Below the pieces are notes generated by a model, which saw nothing but the letters and a program-made list of their open reading frames with translations, ran no database searches and was not told where the DNA came from. 64,000 nucleotides of DNA from a virus. The stretch is taken from IMG/VR virus record IMGVR_UViG_3300044634_002329, positions 1 through 64,000 of that record. The stretch is one strand, 5' to 3'. Of the stretch, positions 1 through 9,470 are shown piece by piece (the stretch's first letter is position 1; each line of letters begins with the position of its first letter). The position numbers and the translations under genes are program-made.

Positions 1-328
1 CTTCGTAGGTATCAAAATAAAACTCAATTTTTTCTTCACCATATACAGTAATATAGAATGCATTTTTTTTATTCATATGAACTACTGAAGCATAAAATTT
101 ATACTTCTCTCTGAACCATCTAAATGCCGACTGCCAAGTTGGTGCGAGACATTCATAATCATAATACTCACATTTTTCTTGTGATATGAATAGTTCATCA
201 GCATCAACATTATCATTCCAATGTATGAAGAGTTTACCATCATCATAAAATGCACCAAAACAAGGTTCATCAAAACCCAATGCTTTCATTCTTAAAGCCA
301 AATCATACGGTATAAATTCTTTTTCCAT
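1..328 (-). CDS. hypothetical Bacteroidota-phage protein, truncated by window edge
   Basis: Manual translation MEKEFIPYDLALRMKALGFDEPC...APTWQSAFRWFREKY stays open to base 1; replaces ORF 82..273. Confidence 0.75.
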   Translation of the reverse strand, partial: MEKEFIPYDLALRMKALGFDEPCFGAFYDDGKLFIHWNDNVDADELFISQEKCEYYDYECLAPTWQSAFRWFREKYKFYASVVHMNKKNAFYITVYGEEKIEFYFDTYE

Positions 329-330
329 AA

Positions 331-465
331 CTATTTATTTTTCCATTCTTTCCATGTGTCAAAGTCCTTGAGCTTTTCAAGGTCTTTTTGCCAATGAATT
401 AAATTTTGTTTATATCCAATCCACATAACAAATCCGCCTACTGTAAATCCTAATATGAATCCCAT
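331..465 (-). CDS. small membrane-anchored hypothetical protein (44 aa)
   Basis: MGFILGFTVGGFVMWIGYK..., fills gap between neighbours. Confidence 0.55.
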   Translation of the reverse strand: MGFILGFTVGGFVMWIGYKQNLIHWQKDLEKLKDFDTWKEWKNK

Positions 466-466
466 T

Positions 467-739
467 TTACTTCTTTTTAGGTTTTTCCCAATACTTGATT
501 AGTACTTGAATAGTATCTCCTACTTTATACTTATTGTAAGTATCAATATCTACCCAAGAACATTCAGTAGAAGTAGGAGTTTGAAAATATAATATTGGGG
601 GATTTCCAGATCTACCTGCTACAGGATCCGTTTTCATACTAATAACATAAGTCTTTACTTGAGTTTCATAAACTTGTTTAGGTTCTTCATGACACCCAAA
701 TAACATGAGTGTAAGAGCTATTAAAATAAACTGTTTCAT
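467..739 (-). CDS. putative lipoprotein
   Basis: Signal peptide with lipobox-like LFGC. Confidence 0.6.
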   Translation of the reverse strand: MKQFILIALTLMLFGCHEEPKQVYETQVKTYVISMKTDPVAGRSGNPPILYFQTPTSTECSWVDIDTYNKYKVGDTIQVLIKYWEKPKKK

Positions 740-740
740 G

Positions 741-980
741 TTACTTAATTTTATCTAGTGGATAACTGTTTAGGATTGATAGTTTGTCTACATATGGAAA
801 ACTACCATTATCTGTTAAGTCTGCTCTTTCACTTGCTATATGCAATGCAGCCTCTACATGAAGTTTAGCAAATTTTTGCAATGCTTTGATTAATCTTCCT
901 TCACTATAGTCTTGGTCAGCATAATGGTCTGAATCATTTTTGTAATTCTGAAGAAATTCTTCTGCTGTTGGAACACTCAT
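741..980 (-). CDS. hypothetical protein
   Basis: Coupled ORF; FAKLHVEAAL...SILNSYPLDKIK motif typical of flavobacterial phages. Confidence 0.7.
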   Translation of the reverse strand: MSVPTAEEFLQNYKNDSDHYADQDYSEGRLIKALQKFAKLHVEAALHIASERADLTDNGSFPYVDKLSILNSYPLDKIK

Positions 981-1333
981 AATAATTTGGTTTTAAGTTT
1001 AATAATTTGTTTTCTACTGAGCTTAAAACTAGATGTCTTAGCAAAGACTTCTACTTCATTCTCAAAAGGAACATACTTAACAGAAGTGTTTCCTACATAA
1101 GAATTAACAGTCTTCTCAGTACTGATTACATTTAACAATTGTTCTAAGAAGTAATCTGTTTCTGCTTTATTTCCCAGGACTAAATAAGTAGCATGGAAAT
1201 ATACTTTGTAAGTACCTTCAGAGTTTTGTATAACTCTTTCAATCCTCAACTCTTGCTTTCTATTTTTGTAAATAGTTTGTCCTACTACATCTACTGAAAA
1301 ACATAGTAGGATAATTAGTAATAAGTTTTTCAT
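977..1333 (-). CDS. hypothetical exported protein
   Basis: N-terminal signal peptide; ATGA overlaps. Confidence 0.65.
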   Translation of the reverse strand: MKNLLLIILLCFSVDVVGQTIYKNRKQELRIERVIQNSEGTYKVYFHATYLVLGNKAETDYFLEQLLNVISTEKTVNSYVGNTSVKYVPFENEVEVFAKTSSFKLSRKQIIKLKTKLL

Positions 1334-1566
1334 GCTTTCTTTTTAAATTGTTCAAATAATCCATCAATTATACTTCCATCAATCATAATGTTAACTTTAT
1401 TTGCATATTGTCCAATAATTGTATAAACTAATTCACCTACTTCTTCTTCACTATAACTCTTTTCAGCTTGATATTTAGCACCTGCAATAAATGAAGATTT
1501 TGAAACAACAATTCCATTACACATATCTAAAAATCTTTCAGCAGCTTCTTCTAATTCTGTCTTCAT
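1330..1566 (-). CDS. hypothetical protein
   Basis: LEEAAE...FIAGAKYQAEKSYSEEEV motif common in Bacteroidota phages. Confidence 0.7.
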   Translation of the reverse strand: MKTELEEAAERFLDMCNGIVVSKSSFIAGAKYQAEKSYSEEEVGELVYTIIGQYANKVNIMIDGSIIDGLFEQFKKKA

Positions 1567-1796
1567 TTGCTTGAATTATTATACATGACTTCAAAATAGT
1601 TTCTCTTGTCCTTGTTAGGATGCTTAGACCAGTCACCTATCTTTTTCTCCAAATGCTCTACCTGAGCTTCTTTAATAGGAGTAGTTTGAACAGCAGTTAC
1701 TATTCTAAATGTAAAGTAACCTATCAATGCTCCTAATATAATTCCTATTAACAGCCCACCCAGGAACTGCTTATCATCATGTTGTTCTTTTTTCAT
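1563..1796 (-). CDS. single-TM hypothetical protein
   Basis: Start reassigned to MKKEQ (overlap with upstream stop); hydrophobic segment. Confidence 0.65.
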   Translation of the reverse strand: MKKEQHDDKQFLGGLLIGIILGALIGYFTFRIVTAVQTTPIKEAQVEHLEKKIGDWSKHPNKDKRNYFEVMYNNSSK

Positions 1797-2239
1797 AATA
1801 CTTTTTTTAATATTAAACATCCTTCAGCATCAAGTTTAGGAAACACATCCCAACCACCTGGTGCTAAATCAGCAGGTATTTTATCCATGACTACCTCAAC
1901 ATCAATTTCTGTTGGTTGTTCAAGCAAGTTTTTTACTATTTGAGATGGTTTCATTTTTCCACTAAAAGCAATAGCATAAGATATGTCTGATAAAGTAAAC
2001 AACTTGTCTTTATTCAACTCCATTGCTTTGTTGAAGCCATTAATAAATGCAAGTTTTCTAAATAAAGATTGTTCATTACTCCAATCATCACCTGATGGAT
2101 AATTTTCTTCAGCCAACTTCTCAACATCAACTACTCCAAATATCTCATTACAGTTTTGTATGGATAATCTTCTAGGATTAGGTAAGTTATCACCATCTAA
2201 GATATAACCATTATCTGTTTTAATTAATTTTCCTCTCAT
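1793..2239 (-). CDS. hypothetical protein
   Basis: Coupled ORF, 148 aa. Confidence 0.7.
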   Translation of the reverse strand: MRGKLIKTDNGYILDGDNLPNPRRLSIQNCNEIFGVVDVEKLAEENYPSGDDWSNEQSLFRKLAFINGFNKAMELNKDKLFTLSDISYAIAFSGKMKPSQIVKNLLEQPTEIDVEVVMDKIPADLAPGGWDVFPKLDAEGCLILKKVL

Positions 2240-2535
2240 GATATAAATATTTTAAGTGTTTTACCATCATCTTGAAACTCAGCATCAACAACTGTAAAAT
2301 CTCCTGTTTTTTTATACATTGTCAAGACTCTCCCTATAGGGTGACTATTACTTGCATGATTAATTACTTCTAATCTTGTAATGTTAGTCAAGTCTAACTG
2401 TTGCTGTTGCACTTTTGATTGTTTCAACTTTAAAAATTTGTCAATGGCATCACTTTCATTCTCAAAAATGTACCAAGCATCTTCACCACATTCTCTAGCC
2501 CACTCAATGAACTCTTCTAATAATTCTCTTTCCAT
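2236..2535 (-). CDS. hypothetical protein
   Basis: Start reassigned to MERELL; ITRLEVI...QDDGKTLKIFI phage motif. Confidence 0.7.
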   Translation of the reverse strand: MERELLEEFIEWARECGEDAWYIFENESDAIDKFLKLKQSKVQQQQLDLTNITRLEVINHASNSHPIGRVLTMYKKTGDFTVVDAEFQDDGKTLKIFIS

Positions 2536-2536
2536 C

Positions 2537-2767
2537 TTATTTTGAATTAAATTTTTCTTGATAATAGTCTTCTGATGCAATTTCTGTAACTTTTGACATC
2601 GGATCACTTTTTTCTAACCAATTTACTTTGCCATCTAAAAACGCATCCTTTATCTGTTGCTTTTCTAATTCTTTTGCTTGTTCTAATAAAGAATGCCAAG
2701 TAAACTTATCTTTATCACTATTCCACAATTGTTCAAATAACCACTCTGTTGCTGTTTTTTCTGCCAT
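2537..2767 (-). CDS. hypothetical protein
   Basis: TATEWL...QAKELEKQQIKDAF family motif of Bacteroidota phages. Confidence 0.7.
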   Translation of the reverse strand: MAEKTATEWLFEQLWNSDKDKFTWHSLLEQAKELEKQQIKDAFLDGKVNWLEKSDPMSKVTEIASEDYYQEKFNSK

Positions 2768-2770
2768 AAC

Positions 2771-3019
2771 TTAATATTCAAGGTTAATATTATATCCATT
2801 TAAAATACTACGGATTTCTTCTCTTAGTTTGTCCGCCACTTCTATTTCTGCATTAGTAGAAGGTTCATTATGTGTAACAAGACTAGCGTTGTATTTAACA
2901 ATACTTCTTAGCTTTTGGTCTAAATCCCACATAGCTAACTTCCATTTGTAACCATCTAATGCAGTTCTTGCATCATCTCCTTCTTCTTGAGAGTCAAATT
3001 TTAAAATTATTTCTGCCAT
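2771..3019 (-). CDS. hypothetical protein
   Basis: Start reassigned to MAEIILKF because the upstream part overlaps a tRNA-like element. Confidence 0.7.
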   Translation of the reverse strand: MAEIILKFDSQEEGDDARTALDGYKWKLAMWDLDQKLRSIVKYNASLVTHNEPSTNAEIEVADKLREEIRSILNGYNINLEY

Positions 3020-3038
3020 AATTATTTTTTTTAATTTG

Positions 3039-3126
3039 TGAACAAGGCAAGACTTGAACTTGCAATTGGAGAGATAAATGATTCCACCCTTAGATATCTC
3101 TTGTGTCTTCATTCCACCACTTGTTC
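3039..3126 (-). ncRNA. tRNA-like RNA with aberrant anticodon arm
   Basis: Acceptor GAACAAG/CTTGTTC, D-arm GTG-GAATGAAGA-CAC, T-arm GCAAG-TTCAAGT-CTTGC; anticodon stem AGAGATA/TATCTCT with 18-nt loop. Confidence 0.7.
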
Positions 3127-3129
3127 TAC

Positions 3130-3324
3130 CTACTTCTTTCTATGATTTTCAAAATACTCAATAAAGAAACCTGCGGCAACAATTAAGTTCATACCACAGG
3201 AGGCAATAATTTCCACAATATCTTCATAGACTGAGGTCATCAAATGAATGTGACCAATAGTCCAGAAAGGAATAGCCAGATTTTGACTTATCCAAACAGT
3301 AAGATATTTCAGGAATCTTTTCAT
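3130..3324 (-). CDS. membrane hypothetical protein
   Basis: Two hydrophobic segments. Confidence 0.6.
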   Translation of the reverse strand: MKRFLKYLTVWISQNLAIPFWTIGHIHLMTSVYEDIVEIIASCGMNLIVAAGFFIEYFENHRKK

Positions 3325-3433
3325 TTAGTCACCTTCTTCATTGTTGACTTTTTTAGTTTTACTTACAAGTTTAGACTTAACAAGTTCTTTGTAATACAAC
3401 TTGTTAAACTTCTCTAACCTTTCAGCAATCTTC

Positions 3434-3598
3434 TTATTTACTGTCTGATTGCTCTTTTCTTTCTCTTTCTCTTTCATACTCTTTCCAGTGATAAATATTC
3501 AACTCTTCCATATGCTTTAGGTCTGCAATAGTAAGACCTTCCGGTATGCCATCATTTTCTTGCATTACACGGTTATAAAGTTCTTTTACTCTTCCCAT
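3434..3598 (-). CDS. small hypothetical protein (54 aa)
   Basis: Manual translation MGRVKELYNRVMQENDGIP... Confidence 0.5.
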   Translation of the reverse strand: MGRVKELYNRVMQENDGIPEGLTIADLKHMEELNIYHWKEYERERERKEQSDSK

Positions 3599-4020
3599 AA
3601 TTTAATATACTTTTCAAGCATGTGCTTAATTGTTGTTCTGATATCATCATGACCTAAAACATCTCTTATGGTTTTGAGTTTTCTACCAAGCTTATCATCA
3701 AAGTGAAGAATAACGGTATGTTTTCTATGAATTTTCTTATCCTTGACTGTATTAAAATCAAATGGGAACATTTGAGCATATACATACACGTTTTGTTGGT
3801 ATAATTTATCATCTTTGAACCGAATAGGTAATCTTTTAGCATAAGTAATTGTAGATCTTTTCATTCCAGTTAGTTTATCTACTGTATGTTCAGAGAGATT
3901 AAATTTATGACATAAAATGCCAAGTAAATAACTTCTTTGATCAACTAGATATCTTTTTCTAGATTTAAAATCTAAAGCCACTAGAGCTTCAATCACATCT
4001 TCTTTAGTATAATCCTCCAT
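3586..4020 (-). CDS. DnaA domain IV-like HTH DNA-binding protein
   Basis: SRKRYLVDQRSYLL...LSEHTVDKLTGMKRSTITYA resembles the DnaA C-terminal HTH. Confidence 0.55.
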   Translation of the reverse strand: MEDYTKEDVIEALVALDFKSRKRYLVDQRSYLLGILCHKFNLSEHTVDKLTGMKRSTITYAKRLPIRFKDDKLYQQNVYVYAQMFPFDFNTVKDKKIHRKHTVILHFDDKLGRKLKTIRDVLGHDDIRTTIKHMLEKYIKLWEE

Positions 4021-4053
4021 AAGACATTAAAAGGGCCCGTGAGAGCCCTATTT

Positions 4054-5418
4054 TTAGTTTATAATCTCTTCACCAGATTCAGAATAAGCAACAACATTGT
4101 TATCATAATCAACATGAACTTGTTTACCATGAGTAGCAATACAAAGATTTTTCAACTGGTTGTTTTGTTCCATAAGACAGATTGCATTTACTTTGTAAGG
4201 AAACTTATCTGAATCAATAGAATCTTCTCCATCATTGATTATTAAAATCTCTGGTTTTTCTTCAGACAAATCAATATCTAAGTTATGAAGTGTTTTCTTT
4301 TTGATATCTGCAGCTACCTTTTCAACCATAGCACCAACTCTAGTTGTACCACCATCTGGATCATTAGAAAATGTTTGCCAGAATTTTAGTACAGTTTCTC
4401 TATCATGAATATGTTGAAAATGCATTTGATCAGGACTACATACAAAATAACTAAAGAAAACTTCAGCTTCTCCTCTCATAACATATTTAAATCTGTCAAT
4501 AAGAATAGCATTAACCCAATCTTGTTTTTCTTGTTCATCCATACTTCCAGAAAAGTCTAACAAAATAATAATCTTTTGCTTTTGTTCTTTTCTATCCACT
4601 GGTACATTGACAACAAGATCTTTAGTCAAAAGCTTGACATCAAAATTAGGAAATAATTTCTGATATAGATCAATATTTGCTATTTGAGCATAATCTCTCA
4701 TCATCTTTTTTGCATAGATGTCAGAATTACTAACTATTTTTTCATCAATTTCCTTTTCAACTTTGAATTGAGAACCTAACTCTCCAATAATAGAAATGTT
4801 GTTCATGATGGACATTTTTCTATTTTTACTGTGTTCATTAAGTTCTAGTTGTTCATTGATACTAGGATCCATGTACATTTCTCTGTCAAAATTTAATTGA
4901 GCTTTTTGAATCATTTCTTGATCAACATCATCAGAATCTTCTCTGTCCTGTTTCTCAGCTTCTCTAGACATTTGCTTATAAATAGCAATAGCTTGATCTA
5001 AAGGAGTAAATCCAGGAATAAAAGTCTCATAAATTGAATCATACAATGCTTTTTTAGCAGACAATTGTTCTTTTACATCATCAGCAAGATTCTCAAAGTC
5101 TGCATATTCATCTATAAAATAATTCTTGTCACCAATCATTTTAAAGTAGCATACTCTTGCAAGTTCTTTGATCTGATCTACAGCACTTTGTCTCCAGATA
5201 TTAGCTTTAGATTCAATATCTCTTTTACTAGGTGTTGTATAGTTTTCTGGATCTCTAACAATTAAATCATCATCATTCTCCAAAGGGTCATTAAAATATG
5301 AACCCCAATAATCCCAAGAACCTCCATAAGAATAACTACTATAGCCCTTTTTAGAGCCATAGTAGTTTGTTTTCTTACTAGAGGAACGTCCTTTACCATA
5401 TGAACTGTATCCAATCAT
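4054..5418 (-). CDS. von Willebrand factor A domain protein (MoxR partner)
   Basis: MIDAS DFSGSM, GGT, INDG; next to AAA+ gene. Confidence 0.85.
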   Translation of the reverse strand: MIGYSSYGKGRSSSKKTNYYGSKKGYSSYSYGGSWDYWGSYFNDPLENDDDLIVRDPENYTTPSKRDIESKANIWRQSAVDQIKELARVCYFKMIGDKNYFIDEYADFENLADDVKEQLSAKKALYDSIYETFIPGFTPLDQAIAIYKQMSREAEKQDREDSDDVDQEMIQKAQLNFDREMYMDPSINEQLELNEHSKNRKMSIMNNISIIGELGSQFKVEKEIDEKIVSNSDIYAKKMMRDYAQIANIDLYQKLFPNFDVKLLTKDLVVNVPVDRKEQKQKIIILLDFSGSMDEQEKQDWVNAILIDRFKYVMRGEAEVFFSYFVCSPDQMHFQHIHDRETVLKFWQTFSNDPDGGTTRVGAMVEKVAADIKKKTLHNLDIDLSEEKPEILIINDGEDSIDSDKFPYKVNAICLMEQNNQLKNLCIATHGKQVHVDYDNNVVAYSESGEEIIN

Positions 5419-5420
5419 AA

Positions 5421-6473
5421 TTAATCATTAATCATTGTTGTAGCAATCATTGCTTTTTTAGCTAAAGCTTTAAATCTTCCATCATGTTCATTTAACAATC
5501 TTGTGTGATTATCAATTAAATCATCTGAAACTTTCAAAGACTTAACTTTTTTAAGCATGTTTTCATACTCAACCAAAGTTTCATTAAAACTTGTAAGTTC
5601 TGTTTGATTACTCAAAGGATTCAAGTCAAGCAACTGATAGTGATCTTGCATTAATCCTGCAAGGTTTCTCAATGTTGCTGCAGCTTCATACTTCTTCAAA
5701 CCTTCTGCTACCAAACTTGGTTTCTTTGCAAATTCTGCAATGAATCCCAAAGATTCAGGACCACATTTATCAAATACAGTGTATGCAGTAATTGCAACAC
5801 GTGGACTGATAACAATACCATTCTTTGCATACTCTTGCAAAATGAATGGAATTACTGGGTCAATTTCACCAAATCTTTCAGTTAGCAATTTGTTGTAAGC
5901 AATATCAGTATAGTTATCCCATACCACATTCAACTCCAATGGGAATCTTTCCATCAAAGCTTTCAAAGACATGTTCTTAGAGAACTCATCTCTTGTACGG
6001 TTAGTACAACAAACAATGAACTTTGTTTGAATTGGGAAAACTTGTGTACCATTTCTGAATACTCCAGAAGACAAGATATCCTTCAACTGCTCCAAGATGA
6101 AATCTGGTGCATCAAACATCTCTTCAAAGATAACATACTCATGATTCATGAAGCTGTTTTCTACAAGATACTCAATCTTACCAGTTTGATTAAATGTTGG
6201 AATATCCAAACCACCAAATAAACGGTCAGTAGTCATACCAGTACCCATAGTAATTACATAAGGGTTGATACCATTCTCTGTAAAGAAAGACATGGTCATT
6301 TCTGATTTACCATGTCCACCAGGACCATAAAGTACAATGTTTTTTTCAGTTGCCAAGCCAATTTCTAAAATCTGTGCTGTCTTTTCCATGAATACAAAAC
6401 TTTCCATTGCTGGAGTTGTAGCATTGGCAAAAAATTCATTGTTCTCTGTTGATTTTTGTGTTCCTTTTTCCAT
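5421..6473 (-). CDS. MoxR/RavA-like AAA+ ATPase
   Basis: Walker A GPGGHGKS, Walker B VIFEE, sensor CTN, ALMERF. Confidence 0.85.
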   Translation of the reverse strand: MEKGTQKSTENNEFFANATTPAMESFVFMEKTAQILEIGLATEKNIVLYGPGGHGKSEMTMSFFTENGINPYVITMGTGMTTDRLFGGLDIPTFNQTGKIEYLVENSFMNHEYVIFEEMFDAPDFILEQLKDILSSGVFRNGTQVFPIQTKFIVCCTNRTRDEFSKNMSLKALMERFPLELNVVWDNYTDIAYNKLLTERFGEIDPVIPFILQEYAKNGIVISPRVAITAYTVFDKCGPESLGFIAEFAKKPSLVAEGLKKYEAAATLRNLAGLMQDHYQLLDLNPLSNQTELTSFNETLVEYENMLKKVKSLKVSDDLIDNHTRLLNEHDGRFKALAKKAMIATTMIND

Positions 6474-6533
6474 TTTTTTTAATTTTTAATTTTAATTAAT
6501 TGTTTTTTTTTGATACAGTTTATTAAACTAACC

Positions 6534-6887
6534 TTATTCTTCAGACTCTCCTTCTTCAGGATTTATTTTTCTTTTCAACTCTTCTAGTAAATTTTTTAAC
6601 CCACCATTGTTCATTTCAGATGCAACTTTATTTGCTCCTGCATGTGCTCCATATTGAAACATCATGTAAACAAGTTCATTTGCATGTAAAGCTCCTTTAC
6701 TTATGTTTACAAAAGCATCAGTATGAGTTTCACAATTTTCATGAGATTGTTTTACAATTTCAATTAACTCATCACTTCTTTCTTCTGTGATACCTAAACA
6801 AGCATCCATTTTTGATGATTCATCATCTAAGATAAAGACACGAAGATTTGGGTTTCCTTTAGTAGAAACCTCATTGGTTGTTCCCAT
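6534..6887 (-). CDS. hypothetical protein (paralog of 12857..13195)
   Basis: LGITEERSDEL...HANEL vs LGITNERAEEL...HMNEV. Confidence 0.7.
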   Translation of the reverse strand: MGTTNEVSTKGNPNLRVFILDDESSKMDACLGITEERSDELIEIVKQSHENCETHTDAFVNISKGALHANELVYMMFQYGAHAGANKVASEMNNGGLKNLLEELKRKINPEEGESEE

Positions 6888-6942
6888 AATATTTGGATTT
6901 AAATAAATAATTACAGCTTTTCAGCTTATAAATTATATACAA

Positions 6943-7203
6943 TTAAATACTGAATTCTTCTACTTCAGTATTTGTTATTACTTCTTTTACTATTTCAACA
7001 GGTTTAAATCTATCTGAATCATAAAATTCATATGGAAATGAATCTTCTCCAATTTGTACTTCTTTTAATAATACTCCCATTTTATTACCTTGTATAGCCA
7101 TTCTGACTAATCTTACAACAGTATATTCTTTACCTTCAATGATCCATTGATCACTTGGTATTTCTTTAGGTTTATTACTAGAATTAATACAAACTACTTT
7201 CAT
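6943..7203 (-). CDS. hypothetical protein
   Basis: MKVVCIN...EGKEYTV, SH3-like phage family. Confidence 0.7.
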   Translation of the reverse strand: MKVVCINSSNKPKEIPSDQWIIEGKEYTVVRLVRMAIQGNKMGVLLKEVQIGEDSFPYEFYDSDRFKPVEIVKEVITNTEVEEFSI

Positions 7204-7439
7204 GTGGTTGAAATTTTTAACTTTAACCCTTTAGATTCTAATAAACATGCTGTATCAAATACATTATTATATGTATCTGAGAATACGTCACATTTACCAT
7301 TATTGTGTGCTATTAAAGCACATTGTTCTGCTTGTTCTGGTTGATGTTTGCAGAATTTAATCAAACAAGCCATGACATACTGATATGTATTGCTTGAATC
7401 ATTAAGTAAAACTATTTTATGTGTCTTTTTCAATACCAT
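7200..7439 (-). CDS. clpS: ClpS-like N-degron adaptor
   Basis: IVLLNDSSNTYQYVMACLIKFCKHQPEQAEQCALIAHNNGKC matches Bacteroidota ClpS pattern; start reassigned to MVLKK. Confidence 0.8.
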   Translation of the reverse strand: MVLKKTHKIVLLNDSSNTYQYVMACLIKFCKHQPEQAEQCALIAHNNGKCDVFSDTYNNVFDTACLLESKGLKLKISTT

Positions 7440-7467
7440 AAGATTATATGTTAAGTTACAAATAAAA

Positions 7468-7965
7468 TTAAACAGTACCAACAATAATTTTGTCTCCAAG
7501 ATCATTCATTGATTGAACTATGTCTTTAAAGGTTTTACCATTAGCATCTTCATAGTTAGTATAAGCTTTAAAATAACCTTGTTCTAATAATTTAGTAATT
7601 TTTTGTCTTATATTAGACATGTAGTTTTGATATGGTGGTTCTAATGTACTAATATCATACAATGCAGAAGCTGTTTTAGCTAAGAATAAGTTAATACCAG
7701 TATTAAAATCATCTTTGATAAATATTTTTTTATTATAATCATCAAACATTTCAATTAAACTACTTAATGTATTCATGTCAGCATTAGCAAATGCAGTCAT
7801 AGGACCATCAATATAACCTTCTAACCATGGTTGCCAATTTTCAAGATCCTGTTTAAGTTTGTACTTGTATCTTGAATCAATTTTCAAATCATCAATATTG
7901 TAAAGAGCACTAGATAATTTTACCAATGCTCTTACTAATCTTACTGTATTGTTATTAATTTCCAT
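7468..7965 (-). CDS. hypothetical protein
   Basis: 165-aa coupled ORF. Confidence 0.65.
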   Translation of the reverse strand: MEINNNTVRLVRALVKLSSALYNIDDLKIDSRYKYKLKQDLENWQPWLEGYIDGPMTAFANADMNTLSSLIEMFDDYNKKIFIKDDFNTGINLFLAKTASALYDISTLEPPYQNYMSNIRQKITKLLEQGYFKAYTNYEDANGKTFKDIVQSMNDLGDKIIVGTV

Positions 7966-9056
7966 TAATCTAATTTAATGTTATAATCCACCCAACTTAT
8001 TTTACTTCTTTGAAATCCTTCTAATGCTTTAGTTACCCATTCTTCATCTGCTGTTCCTTTGTAGCATAAGATATGTACAACTGATGTATCATCTGGATTT
8101 AATCTAAGAAGTCTACCAATCTTTTGACTAGCTTGTTTTTCATTACCATATGAATGCATAATAATACCTTGTTTTAATTCAGGAATGTTTACACCTTCAT
8201 TTAGTTGTTGTACACAAGACAGTTTTAAAATCTCACCTTTTTTGAATAAATTTAAATTAGTTTCAGATTCTGAATTTGTACTATGATAACTGTTATTACA
8301 TAATCTTTCAGCTTGTTCTTTTGTGTTGGCAAATATAATACATTTTGACCTAATGGTGTTTAATAACATTTTAGCATATTTTTCTTTACTAGGAAATGTC
8401 ATCATAGCTTTCATTCTCATGATTCTCATCATATAACCACCCTCTTTTTCTATTCTTTTTGTCCAATAATCATAATTAGCAACTTCTGAAGTATAAAAAC
8501 TTTTATTTTTAGTTTTTACTTCAACATTTTTAGCATTGCTTAATTTAAGTTCATGCACAATGATTTTATAATCATTTAAGATACTATCTTTAACTGCATT
8601 ATCTACTAAATATTGAAAAGCTATTGGACAAAATCTATAAACCATAGAATAGTTCTCAGAATACTCATTTTTAGGTGGAGTACCGGTTAAACCAATAATT
8701 TTACCATTGTATCTGTTAAGAAAATCACTGTGACTTTCAAGTAAACTGTGACATTCATCAAAATATATGATATTATAATCTTTTGGATTTAATTTGTTTA
8801 AACTACGATATGTACTAAAAGTTACAACATTCATTAAATAGAACATGTTAAACTTTTCAGCTTCATCTTTCCAAGACTGAATAATAGATTTTTTAGGAGC
8901 TACAACTAACACTTTCTTTGTTAATATATTAGGAATTAAATCCATATGTTTTAAAGCTACTAGTGTTTTACCAACACCAGTAGCTAAAGCTAAACCTGCT
9001 CTTTTCTCTTTTTTAATGGCTTTTAAAGCTTCATTATGTACTTCTTCTCTAGTCAT
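7965..9056 (-). CDS. superfamily 2 DNA helicase
   Basis: ATGVGKT, DECH, TGT, QKIGRLLR motifs. Confidence 0.9.
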   Translation of the reverse strand: MTREEVHNEALKAIKKEKRAGLALATGVGKTLVALKHMDLIPNILTKKVLVVAPKKSIIQSWKDEAEKFNMFYLMNVVTFSTYRSLNKLNPKDYNIIYFDECHSLLESHSDFLNRYNGKIIGLTGTPPKNEYSENYSMVYRFCPIAFQYLVDNAVKDSILNDYKIIVHELKLSNAKNVEVKTKNKSFYTSEVANYDYWTKRIEKEGGYMMRIMRMKAMMTFPSKEKYAKMLLNTIRSKCIIFANTKEQAERLCNNSYHSTNSESETNLNLFKKGEILKLSCVQQLNEGVNIPELKQGIIMHSYGNEKQASQKIGRLLRLNPDDTSVVHILCYKGTADEEWVTKALEGFQRSKISWVDYNIKLD

Positions 9057-9234
9057 CGTCCATGCTTATATAACCGGTTACTACACCAATTGGGAAAACA
9101 ACAATACCAACACTTCTTATGACTTCAGTCTTAAAAGGCTGAGTAAAATTGCATTGAGCTAATAAATATATGTTTCTTACCCATCCAAAGATAATAAGAA
9201 AATATATAAGTAAAATAAATCCAGATCCTTTCAT
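9049..9234 (-). CDS. small membrane protein
   Basis: Two hydrophobic segments. Confidence 0.6.
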   Translation of the reverse strand: MKGSGFILLIYFLIIFGWVRNIYLLAQCNFTQPFKTEVIRSVGIVVFPIGVVTGYISMDDD

Positions 9235-9245
9235 AGTTTTACTTA

Positions 9246-9470
9246 TTAATCTTCTAGAAAATTAATTATACTAGGGGCTCCTGTTAATTTTTTATACATT
9301 ATTTGTACTTTAGCAGCATTTACTGCTCCATTGTATGATTTTAATGCTAATTCAGCAGCTTTAAGATCATTACTACTTTCATAAATTGCAGCAGTTGAAT
9401 CTGCAATGTTTAATAACTGAGTTCTAACTTCAGAAATTGTTTCTGTTTTAAATTGCTTTGTTTTTGACAT
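9246..9470 (-). CDS. hypothetical helical protein
   Basis: Overlaps the upstream Zn-finger gene. Confidence 0.6.
   Translation of the reverse strand: MSKTKQFKTETISEVRTQLLNIADSTAAIYESSNDLKAAELALKSYNGAVNAAKVQIMYKKLTGAPSIINFLED

Noticed and set aside
82-273. 63-aa ORF from the track
   Set aside because: Out of frame within the better ORF 1..328.
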